The notes beneath the pieces are model-generated. The model was not told where the DNA came from. It saw nothing but the letters and a program-made list of their open reading frames with translations, and made no database searches. The position numbers were made by a program, and so were the translations under genes. Below, one piece after another: positions 1 through 11,499 of a DNA stretch of 64,000 nt (positions are counted from its first letter, which is position 1; every line of letters begins with the position of its first letter). The stretch comes from Pelomyxa schiedti (Eukaryota > Protista > Evosea), in NCBI GenBank assembly GCA_020536535.1, contig JAHLWZ010000573.1, positions 1-64,000 of the forward strand, given 5' to 3'.

Positions 1-116
1 GTCCTGTGTAGTAAAACCTTTTTTTAAACAATCATCGTTCTAGGTGCTATTCTGGGTAAGCTTGTAAAGTGGCTGGGCACAGAGCTGTGATAAACCCCAG
101 ATGTACTCCTTCTGTT
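1..116 (+). repeat. Diverged copy of the 3' end and flank of the TBC gene (about 46228-46349)
   Basis: gctattctgggtaagcttgtaaagtggctgggcacagagctgtgataaaccccagatgtactccttctgtt is identical at both loci; the flank differs by indels. Confidence 0.95.
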
Positions 117-781
117 GTGGGTGTTGGTGTTGGTTCAGAGGTTGTTACTGCAGCTCTTTTCTTGTCTGGGTCATGGGTATTGACACAGTTGATGAGGGTA
201 GACTTGAGGGCAAACATCTGAGCACAAAGGTTATGGGTGAGGAACGCTATTCCTGTTGGTCCTAAATCATATAGTTCAACTGCTTTGCACCCTCCATTGA
301 CTGTCACGGCAGCCCTAATTTGAAGTTAGATAATTCAGGCATCCCTCTCAGGTCTACTTGGTGCATGCAGGCCAGTTGATGCTGTTTTGTATGCCGTCCC
401 GTTGCATTTGCTCAAAGAATTCTGCAGCTTCGATCTGAAAACAAGAAAAGTTAAGAAAATACAATAGTGAAGAAATATACCATGGAAATATCTGCTTGCC
501 GGAAGGAGCTAATGAAAGCTGGAGAGTCAGGTACCGGGGCCCAAACTTCATGTCGACCAAGAGCAATTTTTTCTTTGATAAACTGTGTCATCCCGTCCTC
601 CTGGTAGAATGGAGAATGGAAGGCGTCATGAATGGGCAAAAGCTTTGCCTGTTCTGGCATGATAGTTTTCAATTTGGCCAACGGTGTTGGGTGCCCTATT
701 TCTCGTCATATTCGGAAAAAAATTAGGCAATTACCTCCAACAACAGTTAGCATTGGAGTCAGTTTCATTGCGGCAAATAGG
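47..781 (-). CDS. Partial second copy (3' half) of the stand-alone SAT/acyltransferase gene, with a chimeric C-terminus; truncated by the assembly gap
   Basis: 108-781 matches 42980-43684 (AFHSPF, LYDLGPT, same introns). It has a 33-bp in-frame deletion and a new tail, EGVHLGFITALCPATLQAYPE, read from sequence matching 46280-46349. Confidence 0.8.
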
Positions 782-881
782 NNNNNNNNNNNNNNNNNNN
801 NNNNNNNNNNNNNNNNNNNNNNNNNNNNNNNNNNNNNNNNNNNNNNNNNNNNNNNNNNNNNNNNNNNNNNNNNNNNNNNNN
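782..881. other. Scaffold gap (100 N)
   Basis: Run of N. Confidence 1.
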
Positions 882-958
882 GGTTTTGGTTTAGCCTGTG
901 GCCCTTATGTTTTTCTTGCAGAACTCAAACCGGAGAGTACAATCCTCAAGAAGCACCC
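882..958 (+). repeat. Mosaic of two locally templated fragments
   Basis: 882-937 equals 1546-1601 (56 bp, direct). 934-958 is the reverse complement of 3424-3448 (25 bp). They overlap at AGAG. Confidence 0.9.
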
Positions 959-965
959 TCCTTCT

Positions 966-1001
966 CCACCGAAACCAACCACCGGTGGTTGGTTTCGGTG
1001 G
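966..1001. repeat. Perfect 36-bp palindrome with no spacer
   Basis: ccaccgaaaccaaccacc|ggtggttggtttcggtgg. Confidence 0.95.
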
Positions 1002-1156
1002 TTACCCTTTTCTTACACTTTTGTACGGTACTTCTTGTACCGATCGTAATCTATCACCTCAACACAGCGGCCTCACTGATTACCTCCTTTGTTTTTCGTT
1101 ATAGCAGCTCCCATCAGAATCAGTCGCTGCTGAAACTCCGAAAGAAACACAGCAAA

Positions 1157-2826
1157 ATGTTGGGGACAGAGGGCCTTGGGCCGGATATCGTAGGTGTGAA
1201 AGCGAGTTACCGCGGGGAGCTACGTAGAGTGCGGGTAACAAGACCGGTAACGTTACGCTCTCTTTTGGCGGCGCTACGTGATGCTTTCACCCTTGTTGCG
1301 GATGGCCGGGCGGTGCCGGACAATATGATTGAGGTGATGTGGCGGGATGCCGGGGGCGCCACAATGCCCCTTACGTCAGATGATGACGTGGACCTGGCCG
1401 TGGCCACTGTAGACTCCCTGCCCCAGGAGGTTCCTCGCCTCTTGCGTCTCACCGTCGGTGTGTGTTACTGTATGCTCCGTTCCGTTGTCCTTTTGTTGTT
1501 GCTGTGTTGTTGTGCTTGCTGCTGCCCAGCGATTACCTTGGTTTTGGTTTTGGTTTAGCCTGTGGCCCTTATGTTTTTCTTGCAGAACTCAAACCGGAGA
1601 GCCAAGTGACACCCCCCACCCAAGAGGTACACTCGTCACCACCTACAGCTTCCCCCCCTTCCAACATCTTTCCATCTGGGGGCATGTTTCCCAAAATACC
1701 TCCAAATGTATCGCCTTTCAGTCTTTTGCAATTACTCACAGTCCCTGGAGTACGGGATCGCGCTGTACCTGCTTTGCAAGCCATATGTACTTTGCTTTGT
1801 TTCCTTACCACAATAACACGTGTTCAGCCAATTGTCAGCCATTAGACCCACTGCCGCAGGATGCAGTCAATGAGTTGGCATCTATTGCAGTGGAGAACAT
1901 TCCTGAAATTGCACAAATACTGGGGGTATCTAGTGCTTCTTACAGTGAGAAACAGCAAGCTGTAGCAGGTCACCTTGTCCAAGCTCTATCAACACCGTTT
2001 GTGAGACAACTGGTTCCAATGGCAATTTCCCTCATATCACAGCCGGCACAACCGCCACAGTATTTACCCCTTATATTGGTTACCGCTGATTTATGCTATA
2101 GAATGCCCTCTTCAGTTCCATCAGTAATATGCTCACAGTGCAGAGCTGCCATGACTGGAGGTAAAAAATGTTCATAGTTCTCACATCTTAACATTCTACC
2201 AGAAAGGTTTAAATGCACTGTTTGCCCAAATACAATAATATGCTCACAGTGTTGCAATGTACACCTCCACTTAAAATTACTGGGTAATTTTGGAATAGGC
2301 CCATGACTCATCACATTCTCTTGTTGCTCTCTTTATCGAGCCTAAAGCTGCTCCTGTGACTGTTCTATGTGATGAAATGGCCATGTTTGTATCTGATGTC
2401 AACATTGAGCCTGGCACCCCTCTAGAAACGGGAAATGACTACATAAAGATTTGGCGTGTCAAGTATGTACTCCTGGGTTCTTCCCATTTCTCACCACATT
2501 AGGAACAACACACCAACTCCTTGGCCACAAGATACACAACTTGTGCATTTCTCTGGGGACTTTTTAGGAGCCAATACCACAGTCTCAGCTGTTGCTCCCA
2601 GCACAGAGGGAGAGATATTTGTAGAGATACTCCCCAAGTATGTAACACCCCGTTTACCAAGCACAAACCACTCAATGTATTGTATTAAGGGAACCCGGTC
2701 ATCGTGTAGGAGAGTGGCGTTTGATGAGCGGTGGTTCATTCTTTGGCGCAAGGCTCAAGGTATAACCTCATTTCATTTGGACACAAGCATTAACCAATTT
2801 ACCAGATCGATGTCATTGTGCTGTGA
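1157..2826 (+). CDS. NBR1: NBR1-like protein (PB1, ZZ zinc finger, FW domain), multi-exon
   Basis: PB1: VKASYRGELRR...WRDAGG...LTSDDDV. ZZ: CSQC..ERFKCTVCPNTIICSQC..HDSSH. FW: FVSDVNIEPGT..YIKIWRVKNN..PWP..GEWRL..FFGARL. Stop at 2824-2826. Confidence 0.8.
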
Positions 2827-2897
2827 ATGAATGTAAAGAGATAATAAGAATGTCTGCATTGTTTGTGCAAGGGCATTAGCACACAATTTCTTGCGAG

Positions 2898-3101
2898 TTA
2901 GGATCTCAGCTTCGAGTTGTGGGCTCTCTTTGCCTCCATCTCGGCGTCTTCCTCCTTCTTGGCAGCCTCCCACGCCAGCGCAGCATTATACGACGCTTGC
3001 TTCGCCGTTTCCTTCGCCTTTCCCATCTCTTCTAGCAGTGTCTCCAATGTGCCGGGTGTTGGTGTGCCGTCGTCAAAAGTATCGGCAGGAGTTGTCGACA
3101 T
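2898..3101 (-). CDS. Small coiled-coil ORF (67 aa), possibly a frameshifted remnant
   Basis: MSTTPADTF...EAKRAHNSKLRS. A one-base shift continues as QLEAEILTRKKLCANALAQTMQ. Its 5' leader resembles that of the upstream gene. Confidence 0.35.
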   Translation of the reverse strand: MSTTPADTFDDGTPTPGTLETLLEEMGKAKETAKQASYNAALAWEAAKKEEDAEMEAKRAHNSKLRS

Positions 3102-3144
3102 CGATGGTTTTTTTTATTATTATCGTCTCAAAACAACAAGTAAG

Positions 3145-6100
3145 CTACCATGCAATGAGGTTGGCGGTGTTGGTCTCGAGTGGTGTTACGGTGTCGAGTG
3201 CGGGGGAGGCGGTGTTGTCAATGGTTTCTCCTTGGTTGTGCTGTTCTTCTGCAAAAGGGTCCGCAAAGGGGTCCTCGTTGCCAGCGTCAACAGTGGGCTC
3301 TTCAAAAGCTGTGGTGTCATCTGGTACTGAAAATGGATCCTCCTGATCATTGGCTGCCTCTTGATAGGCGGGCTCTTCAAAGGCTGTGGTGTCTTCTGTG
3401 GAAAATGGGTCTGATGGGTAGGTGGGTGCTTCTTGAGGATTGTACTCTTCGGTGTTGGTGAAAGGGTCATCCACTGTAGGCCGGGGTTCCGGTTCTGGTT
3501 CCAATTCAGGTTCAGGTTCGGCTTCGGCTTCGGGTTCGGGTTCGGGTTCGGCTTCGGCTTCGAGTTTGTGTTCAGTAAGTTGCTCTGATGATGTTTGGGG
3601 TGAAGGATGATGTTCTAATGATGGGGAAGGTGATGAAATGGCCGGGCCAAATAGGATTTCATCTGGAATGAGAGCGGTTATAGTGGATATAGGTTGCAGA
3701 GTAGGAACATCAGTTCCGGGGGTTGTGGTAATTACCGGTGTTAGAATGGGCTGGCTGTTGGTTGGTAGGGTAAGAAACGAAAGGGTATCCTCCGCACAGG
3801 TGTCGGCACTGTGGAATGTAATGGGGGGAGGCAAAGCGGTGTGTTCGGACGAAAGAGGAATGGCGGGGAGGAGAGTTGGGATCGAGTCAGGTTGATTGTT
3901 TGATTCGAGAGGTGTTGGAATGAGAAGCTCGAAGGATGGAGACTTTTCATTAAGAACTTCAGCTGGTGGTACAGCTGCTGGAATTGGTGTAGGAATCAGT
4001 AGCTCTTCTATAATTTGGGCTGGAGATATAACTGGGAGCACAGTCAGTGCATCTGCGTGGGCATTATTCGACTGAAGGGACGTTGGTCCACTGGAAAAAT
4101 CTTCCCCAAGGGATATAAGTGGTGCTGTTTCAACCTCAGTTGGCTCGATGTATATAAGAGGTGCTGAATCGGCTTCTTTGACTTCGCTATCAGCGATCGG
4201 GATTTCCTCTCCACCAACATCGCCTTCACAGTAATCACTGTCATCACTTTCAGCAAAATCTGCCATTCCTCCATCTCCCCATATTAGGTCGTTCCATTCT
4301 CGGGTATTTGGTTGCGGCGCATGTTGGATCGGTGGCTCAGGTTGTTGTTCAGATAGTTGTGGATTGGGTTGTTCAATTTGTTGAGGCTGTGCTTGAAGTT
4401 CCAATCCTTCCAGGTCCTTCAGTTTCCGAGGGGTGAAGATAAATTCCTTTTGCATCAGCCTTGGAGGTGCAGACTGCGAATCGCGCTTTCTTTTGTTGTC
4501 GCTTTCAGGTACATACAGACTTGCCCTTCGCTTTGGAACAGGTATAGTGACAATCGAAGAAGGGCTTGACTGTGGTGGGGTGGAAAACCTCCTCTGTAAT
4601 GAACATTGGTTTGACTTTTGACGGGGATGGTTTTCTTGTTGCAGGTCGCATTGCGGAGGCACTGAACGCACACGAAGAATTCTTCTAGACCTTAGAAAGT
4701 GGCGGTAAGGATTATTGTCTGATTGTGGCGATGGCATTGCCAATGCTGCGGAGCCAGAGGAGCTTTTGGAGATAACTGGTGTTGAATGGGAAGTGGTAAC
4801 AGTAGCCAGAGAGGATAATGGCACGGAAGAAACCGTGCAAGCTTGCGGGCATTCTGTTGACTTTTTTGGTGGGGTAGGAAGTTTTTTTGAAGGGGGTGTA
4901 TTTAAATATAGTGTTTCTGTTGTAAGGGAGTTGGAAGGGACTGAAGCTGCTGTTACAGCTGATAAGGAAGTGGGTGTATTTATTGGTGACAGACTGGAAT
5001 GTTTGGGAGCACTGATGGATGAAATTGCTGAGGGGGATGGCCCAAGAGAAGAGTGACCAGGTTTGGTGCCCATTGGTGACGTGATGAACGCAGATTCTGT
5101 GTGACGCAGAGGCGGTCGGACTGCGGCATTTGTCCAACTAAGTCTATTTTGTTTTTGTTGAGTTGGTTGGGAAACTGGGAGGCTGCCGGTCCCAGAGTTT
5201 GGTGTTGGGGCTGCAGTTGGAGTTGCGGGTATGAACCCAGTAACCATCTTGAAAAACTGAGATCCAAGTGTCACCTCTCCCCCTTTCTAAGCAATATTAG
5301 TCCAGGCAATACAGCCTTTGTGTTGGTTAGTATTCATACACTTTGTTTTGACTGTGAGAAGCACTCATTACAGACCCGCACAGCCGTTTGCCTGAGAAAG
5401 ATTAAAATTTTATGTGTTAGATAGGTGGACACACGATAAATGTGACAGCTGTAATTTACCTCCAGAGCAGTTCCAACAGACAACCTTTCCTAAATAAAGT
5501 TGAGTATTTAGTAAATTACGATCATTTGTGGCTTACCACATTTCCTGAAAAGAGATTGAGAAGTGCAGACGTTATAACAAGGGAAAGCAACAAAAGTAAC
5601 TACCTGCAGTGGTGCTAGGAAAAAGTTGAGTTCGACACAGTTTCGTTTTAAGGGCACACCCGTCTGGTCGTTAGTGAAAATGGCCTATCACACAGGAGAC
5701 ACTTAGTAGTAGCAATATCAGCCATCCAGACAGGAGCTCTGATTCCTGAAAAGAGGTCAATTCATTTTAACTTCATGAGAAAGACCATCAGAACGAACAG
5801 CAGCAGTAGAAGAGATTGCTTTTATCCAACTTGTTTTCTCTGAAGCTGTTTCAGCAAGAACCATGAAAGATTTTTGGGCTGCGGCGATCTGGAAAGCTGC
5901 CGGGTTGACTATATTGAAGTAAAAAAAAAGGTGGAATAAGGTTACAGAGAACCTGAGCCATCAGGGAGAGTGCAAAACTCCGTTGCAGAAAAATTTTTTA
6001 AGATTCGGGGTTGGGTGAATGAAGACCCATTATAAACCTGGAATGTGTTGCTGTTGTTTATTTAGATTGAGCTTGATACCTCACTGGTAATTCCCGGGAT

Positions 6101-8345
6101 GTGTAAGATTTTCGCATAAATAAGACAATCTAGGTCATGTAAGAAGTATGAAGTTGGGCAGGAATACCATTGAACAAGAAAAACCAGCGTTTTTTATGCT
6201 GGCCCGTTCGAAGATAACGTTCCAGAGAGCCATCTGTAAACTGGTTACAAAAGCAAGAGGGTCTCCAAAAAATACCTTTAATCAAAACTCTTCCTCGTTC
6301 CACGATATCCTAGGGGGGGTGTTAGATTAGCGATCCATGAGAACTACGGATTACCACAAAATTTCCCACAAAAGATTTCGCAATTAGAAGTAATGTCTTG
6401 AATTTCTCTTGCTTTTCCATATCTTCGTTAACATTGAAGGCGACTGCACTAACTCTTTGTACTAGAGCATCAAGGTGTTGATAATCTGGATGTTCTGGTG
6501 CTGTATTCTGGCCACATGTGGGAAAAAAAAAGGAAAAGAGTTTGGACCTTCAAAATATCCTAGACCGAAAAGTGTTAGAAAGTGAGGAAGAAAGCAGAAA
6601 GAAGAGCTTACCGCAAGCAGTAGTTTATCTATTTGTTTGATTATTTTTTTCCCCACAAGGATGAGTTTGTTAGTTACGAATCGAAGGAGGGAACTTACAT
6701 CTTGGTACTCTTTGTACAGGCTGGATCAAGCAAGAAAGCAAGTCTAATTTTGATTCCGACAGGTCTTTGGCTTTCTAAACAAAAAGCTATTTAACAACCA
6801 AGGAGGGAAGATAAAAGAACCTGCAAAAAAGCAATCACTGGAGGCTGTTGACATTTCTTGGTAACAGTTTCTATAGCTGTCCAGTGATTTTTAACGTACT
6901 CTGGATACAAATCAAGTGCTGGCAACTATCAAAGTCAGAGTAGTTACAGTGACTGCATAATGAAGTTACCAGATTTCTAAACATCGGACACATTGGTTCA
7001 ATCTCATTAAAGTGCAGCCCAAATAAATGCTCTTCAAGGTCATGTTGAAATTTCAAGTTAGCAGCGACAAGTTGCTCAATATTGAAGAAAATAAGTGGAA
7101 TATTGTGTGGATCAAACAGTGGCACTTCCCCACGCCTTAGGGGCTCTAAGTAATTCTAGTGAAAATGAGTTGCTTTCAAGTTTGTACTTGATACCTTTAT
7201 TGTGCTTTGCATCATAGAGCAATAAGACCGTTCAGTTGACAAGAGTTCAAATGCAACTTTGCCTCGAGGGCTCATGGAGTTAAGTCTTTATATACATAAT
7301 AAAGACTAAATTGTCATATGCGATATTACGGACCTTGTTGACATAGTCGTGAGCATGCCACCACCTCCAGCACCCATATTGGGTGCAAACTCACTTGTCT
7401 CAATAAGAAAAGATAAGAAAAGAAGTAATATCTACTAACATTGGTACTCTTGGAGTTGCTTGAGTATCCTTTACTATAGTTCTGGGAGCTTGTGTAGCAA
7501 TTTACAAAAGGGAAATGATATTACTTGAGAATGTCTTGAACAAAACGAATTATGACACCATCAACTTCAATGGGTAGGAATATATCAGATATTTCGAGAT
7601 ATGTGCACCTAGTCAAATTAAAGAGTTGAAAAGAGAGAGAGAGAACACAGCTACCCCAATCTATTGGCAATTGAATTAGCATCCTCCAATGGAACAACAC
7701 GAGAGGACTGTGGTCCTATACAACAAGGTCATGTTATTAATTTGGGTGCGATAGCTTTCATGATACCAACTCCAACAATAAAGAAAGGTGGAACTGTTGG
7801 TGCTGTCAACGCTTTCACGTAGGCATGAAAAGTTTCAATGGAATTTCGACTGAGCGCCGAACTGAAATCGTACATAATGATGACCCCCTCCACTGTTGTT
7901 ATCAACTTGTAAGTATAAGCAAACGTGTGGCCAATCAAATGGAAGAACCTGTTCCTTTCCCTCAGTATCCATTATCAAAACGGGTACGTCATCAGACCCA
8001 ACAAGAATTTCTCTGTGGCACTTGTACACTAGGATCAGATAAGAAGAAGGTAAGGTGACGGACGAACGGAAGTGCACACACCCCTTTCTTTGGCACCCGG
8101 CGTACCACCGAACGTCTTCATGAACTCTATTTTATAATTTCGACATTCCCCAACAACACCCTGTAAGGCGTAAGACCTTGCGCATAGTGACGAGGAGTGT
8201 CACACGCATACCAGACTCACGCACCTAGCTGCCGGCTTGCGTTTGCGATCTCCGGTGTTGCTCATGCTCCTTTCTTTGAAATGTCTGAGATGACCCCCAA
8301 GGAGGAAACTCACCAGAATTTGGATGAGTCTATCTTGCTCCCCAT
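3145..8345 (-). CDS. FGD/Frabin-like RhoGEF (DH-PH-FYVE) with a degenerate N-terminal Ras-like domain and a long S/P/acidic tail with DPF motifs
   Basis: DH: KVAFELLSTERSY, IFFNIEQL, LIQPVQRVPRY. PH end: [59 protein letters not shown]. N-terminal LIMDTEGKEQ..GVIIMYDFS..FFIVG. Large terminal exon 3145-~5400. Confidence 0.85.
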
Positions 8346-8433
8346 CTCGATGTTCTTTTATTATTACCGTCGAGCCATAGACAGGAGTTCCCTGCCATGT
8401 AGTAATGTTATCCGACTACATTGTTGTTAAGCC

Positions 8434-11400
8434 ATGTCGTCGGTGTTTCAGTTGATTGATACAAACGGACAGTTCGCGGAGGTCAGGTACTGACGTGGCC
8501 ACCATCTTTCCCCGTCGAAGCCCCTTTTGCGCATCATCATCAACACTAAGTCGGGCACTGTAGGGAGATCACGACATCCGAGAAACGCTCGTTCCAGTCG
8601 TGGTTGTCTTCACACGAGTCGTTTATGTCACGCGGTAATGATTACTATGTGATTGCGATACTTGGTGCACAAAGTAGTGGCAAAAGTGCGGGAAATGTGT
8701 GATATCATCTTCATGTGTAACCTCACAAAGGTACCCTTCTCAACCTAACGTTTGGAACCACGTTTGAGGTCATGGACGAGTCCATTGCACGTACGCGAAC
8801 CACTCTTGGGGTATGGGCTTCTATTCCTCGTGTACCTATGCCAGGGGGTAAGGGGTTTCTTATTCGCAGGTCTATTCTCACTCCATATCTTGAAGGAAAA
8901 GAAGGGAGTCTCATTGTTCTTGACCTCGAAGGTGCTGATTCTGCTGCTAGGGACGAAGACAATAGCTTTGAAAGGAAAACTAGCTTATTCGCCCTTGCCA
9001 TAGCAGGCATAGTAATGATTAACATATGGCTTTGTGATGTTGGACGGTATCATGCCTCAAATTTTGGCCTGCTTAGAATGGTATTTGAACTGTATCTATC
9101 TCTACTTCAGCACGAAAGGTTCTCCCTCTGATATCAGTTTTGATAATTCCTGATAATTTCCTTTAGGGCTACAAAGACCCTTATCATTTTTATTATCCGG
9201 GACCACAGTAGGACTCCAAGGGAGTCCATTATCTCACAGATTAGTTTCTTTCTCACATCTACCTGGATGAAGATTTCAAAGGTTAAAGTTCTTGGAATTA
9301 TATTCGAAATTAAGTAGCGAAAAGCCGCCACAATTTATTGATACCCAACCTGAACAATTCTTTGATTTCGAATTTATTTTCTTACCTCACATGGAATATA
9401 AGAAAGCAGAGTTCATGGAAGCAGTAACTGATTTCCGTTCAAGGTAAAAAAGAAGTTTTACGCTTATGATGTGCTTTTAGGTTCACAGATCCTGCAAGAG
9501 TGGGTTTCCTATTGCACCCAAAGTATCAGAAACATGACTTACCATCTGACGGACTGGCACACTTTGCCAGTGAGATTTGGGTATTTTACTGGCTGAAGAC
9601 TTTATCTGTCTTAAATGACCAATACTTAGAAAGTTATCCAATTGCATCGGGACCTGAATCTTCCTGGGCAACGGGAATTACTTGCCATTTTCCGGTACAT
9701 CATAATTGCTTCTACTCAAGTAACTAACAGCTGTAGATGTGATGAAATTAAGGAGATTGCCTTCAGCGATTTGCTATACAATATTCAGACGCTTGGAATG
9801 CGGGCCAATGAACTCGTGGGAGAATTTGGCAAAAAGGCCTATACCGTTTACACACAGTGCATATGTAGACTTCCATTCGAAACTTCATCCTAAATCTGCC
9901 AGCTGAGTATAGAAAGCACGGTGATAGATATGTAAGAAATATCAAAGAAAAAAAGCAACAGGAACTCGCTGACCAAGCACTTGATGTAGACACTAAATAT
10001 TGCATGCAGGATATCATCTCACAAACTCCTAGGAGTTGTGGCATCTTTACAAGAACCAGATAACTCTGGTCACGGATGATTGTATAGCAAAGCTCGGAGA
10101 TATATTGAATTCTTCCAATTTGGATAGTATTCCAATTGAAGACGTGCCAGCAATGCTAGTAGTGGCCTCAGGAAATTGTATTTACAGATGGAATATCATG
10201 GCAAAAGGTTACCGTGAACAGTGAACCCGATTAACTGCCATAACAGCATGTATTATGGAGGGCTCCAAGTGGAGATTTGTGAAGGAAGCAATTCGAATGG
10301 AGGAACTTGTTGAAAAGTGTGTTGGCAAAGCCCGACAAGAACAGCTTACACGAATTACAAAACTTTGCCTGGTTATTCACTCTATATTTTTTTCCCCCCC
10401 GACTCAAGTTGGGCAGGCTAGGTTAAACACTGAGCTTACTTCAGTTTTTGAAGAAGCAATGTACAACATTCAAGACAATATGTGGAATCAAATAGGGACC
10501 GCCTACAGGTAATCATACTTACACTGCTTACTTTTTTTATCCTCCACAAGGGATAGCATCCTCAGTGTGAACAAGTTTTTCATTCAAACCACAAGTCGAG
10601 GTACATTCTTACTGGTCATATTTGCCTTCGTGACACGTCTAAGATGTGTATGACGCATCGGAACTAAAAAAGCATGCAAATATTCTATGTTTTGGTGGCA
10701 CGGAAGCTTGTATTGATCAAGCAAAGCACATGGCTCGAGGGTGCAAGTTCAATATGGAGAAGAGGTAACAACCATAATATAGAGCCTTGTTTATTATTAT
10801 GAACTCCGCAGGTTTGCCGATTTTTTTTTGTTTGAGGGTGACCACCCGCGAAGGTGGAAATCAGTGGCTCACGTGCTGCAGTGCTTCTTGCTTGCCAAGT
10901 GCCAGGTATCCTCTTTTTGTGTTTCATCATTAATCATACTGTAGGGGGAAAAAGTGCTTGACTTATACTCCTACATGCGGATGCAACCTCAAGATAGCAA
11001 CATTACCTTCTTTGCTAGACGATGGGGATCGATGCCAACTAACTCGCTCCTGGACGTTCCTGTTAGGGGTACCCCCACTCAATGCTATTCACCCTCACGT
11101 CAAACAGATGGGAAGGAAGTAGCTATTGATTCCAGACGTGTTCTCATACAAGTCGATGACCGCAGGTGCATTTGGAATAACTACTGCTCTAAGCTTCATG
11201 TTGAGCTTTCCAAAGCACTGCAGCAGCAGGTATTTGAAGACAGTTCAGTAGCCAATAAACATTCTTCCAGGAGGCAAGGCTAATGGGCCGCACATGGGTG
11301 GACAGCTTCCTGCTTCTCGTTGGGATTGTTGTTATTGTGCAATGCCATGGCGCTGCGACACTGTTACTCAACCCTTTGGTGCCTATGCTTTGTTTGAGTG

Positions 11401-11465
11401 TCACTGCCGTTTCATACGCACTAACCGTTCTGTTTTCAACCCTGTTCAAGGATCCCACCCGCTAA
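8434..11465 (+). CDS. SEY1: Sey1/RHD3 atlastin-like ER-fusion GTPase
   Basis: VIAILGAQSSGK|STLLN, RTRTTLGVW, VLDLEGADS..FERKTSLFALA, FIIRDH, DLNLPGQRELLA, C-terminal hydrophobic hairpin ..LLNPL. Confidence 0.92.
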
Positions 11466-11499
11466 AAAATTGATAACCAAAAAACACGGAAAGTCTGTT

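Noticed and set aside
632-1558. 308-aa ORF spanning the gap
   Set aside because: Artefact of translating through Ns. Only 1157 onward (PB1 exon) is credible.
3480-3565. ttcggg/ttcggc hexamer array as a telomeric or CRISPR-like repeat
   Set aside because: It is the coding (EP/EA)n spacer of the RhoGEF tail. There are no spacers or cas genes.
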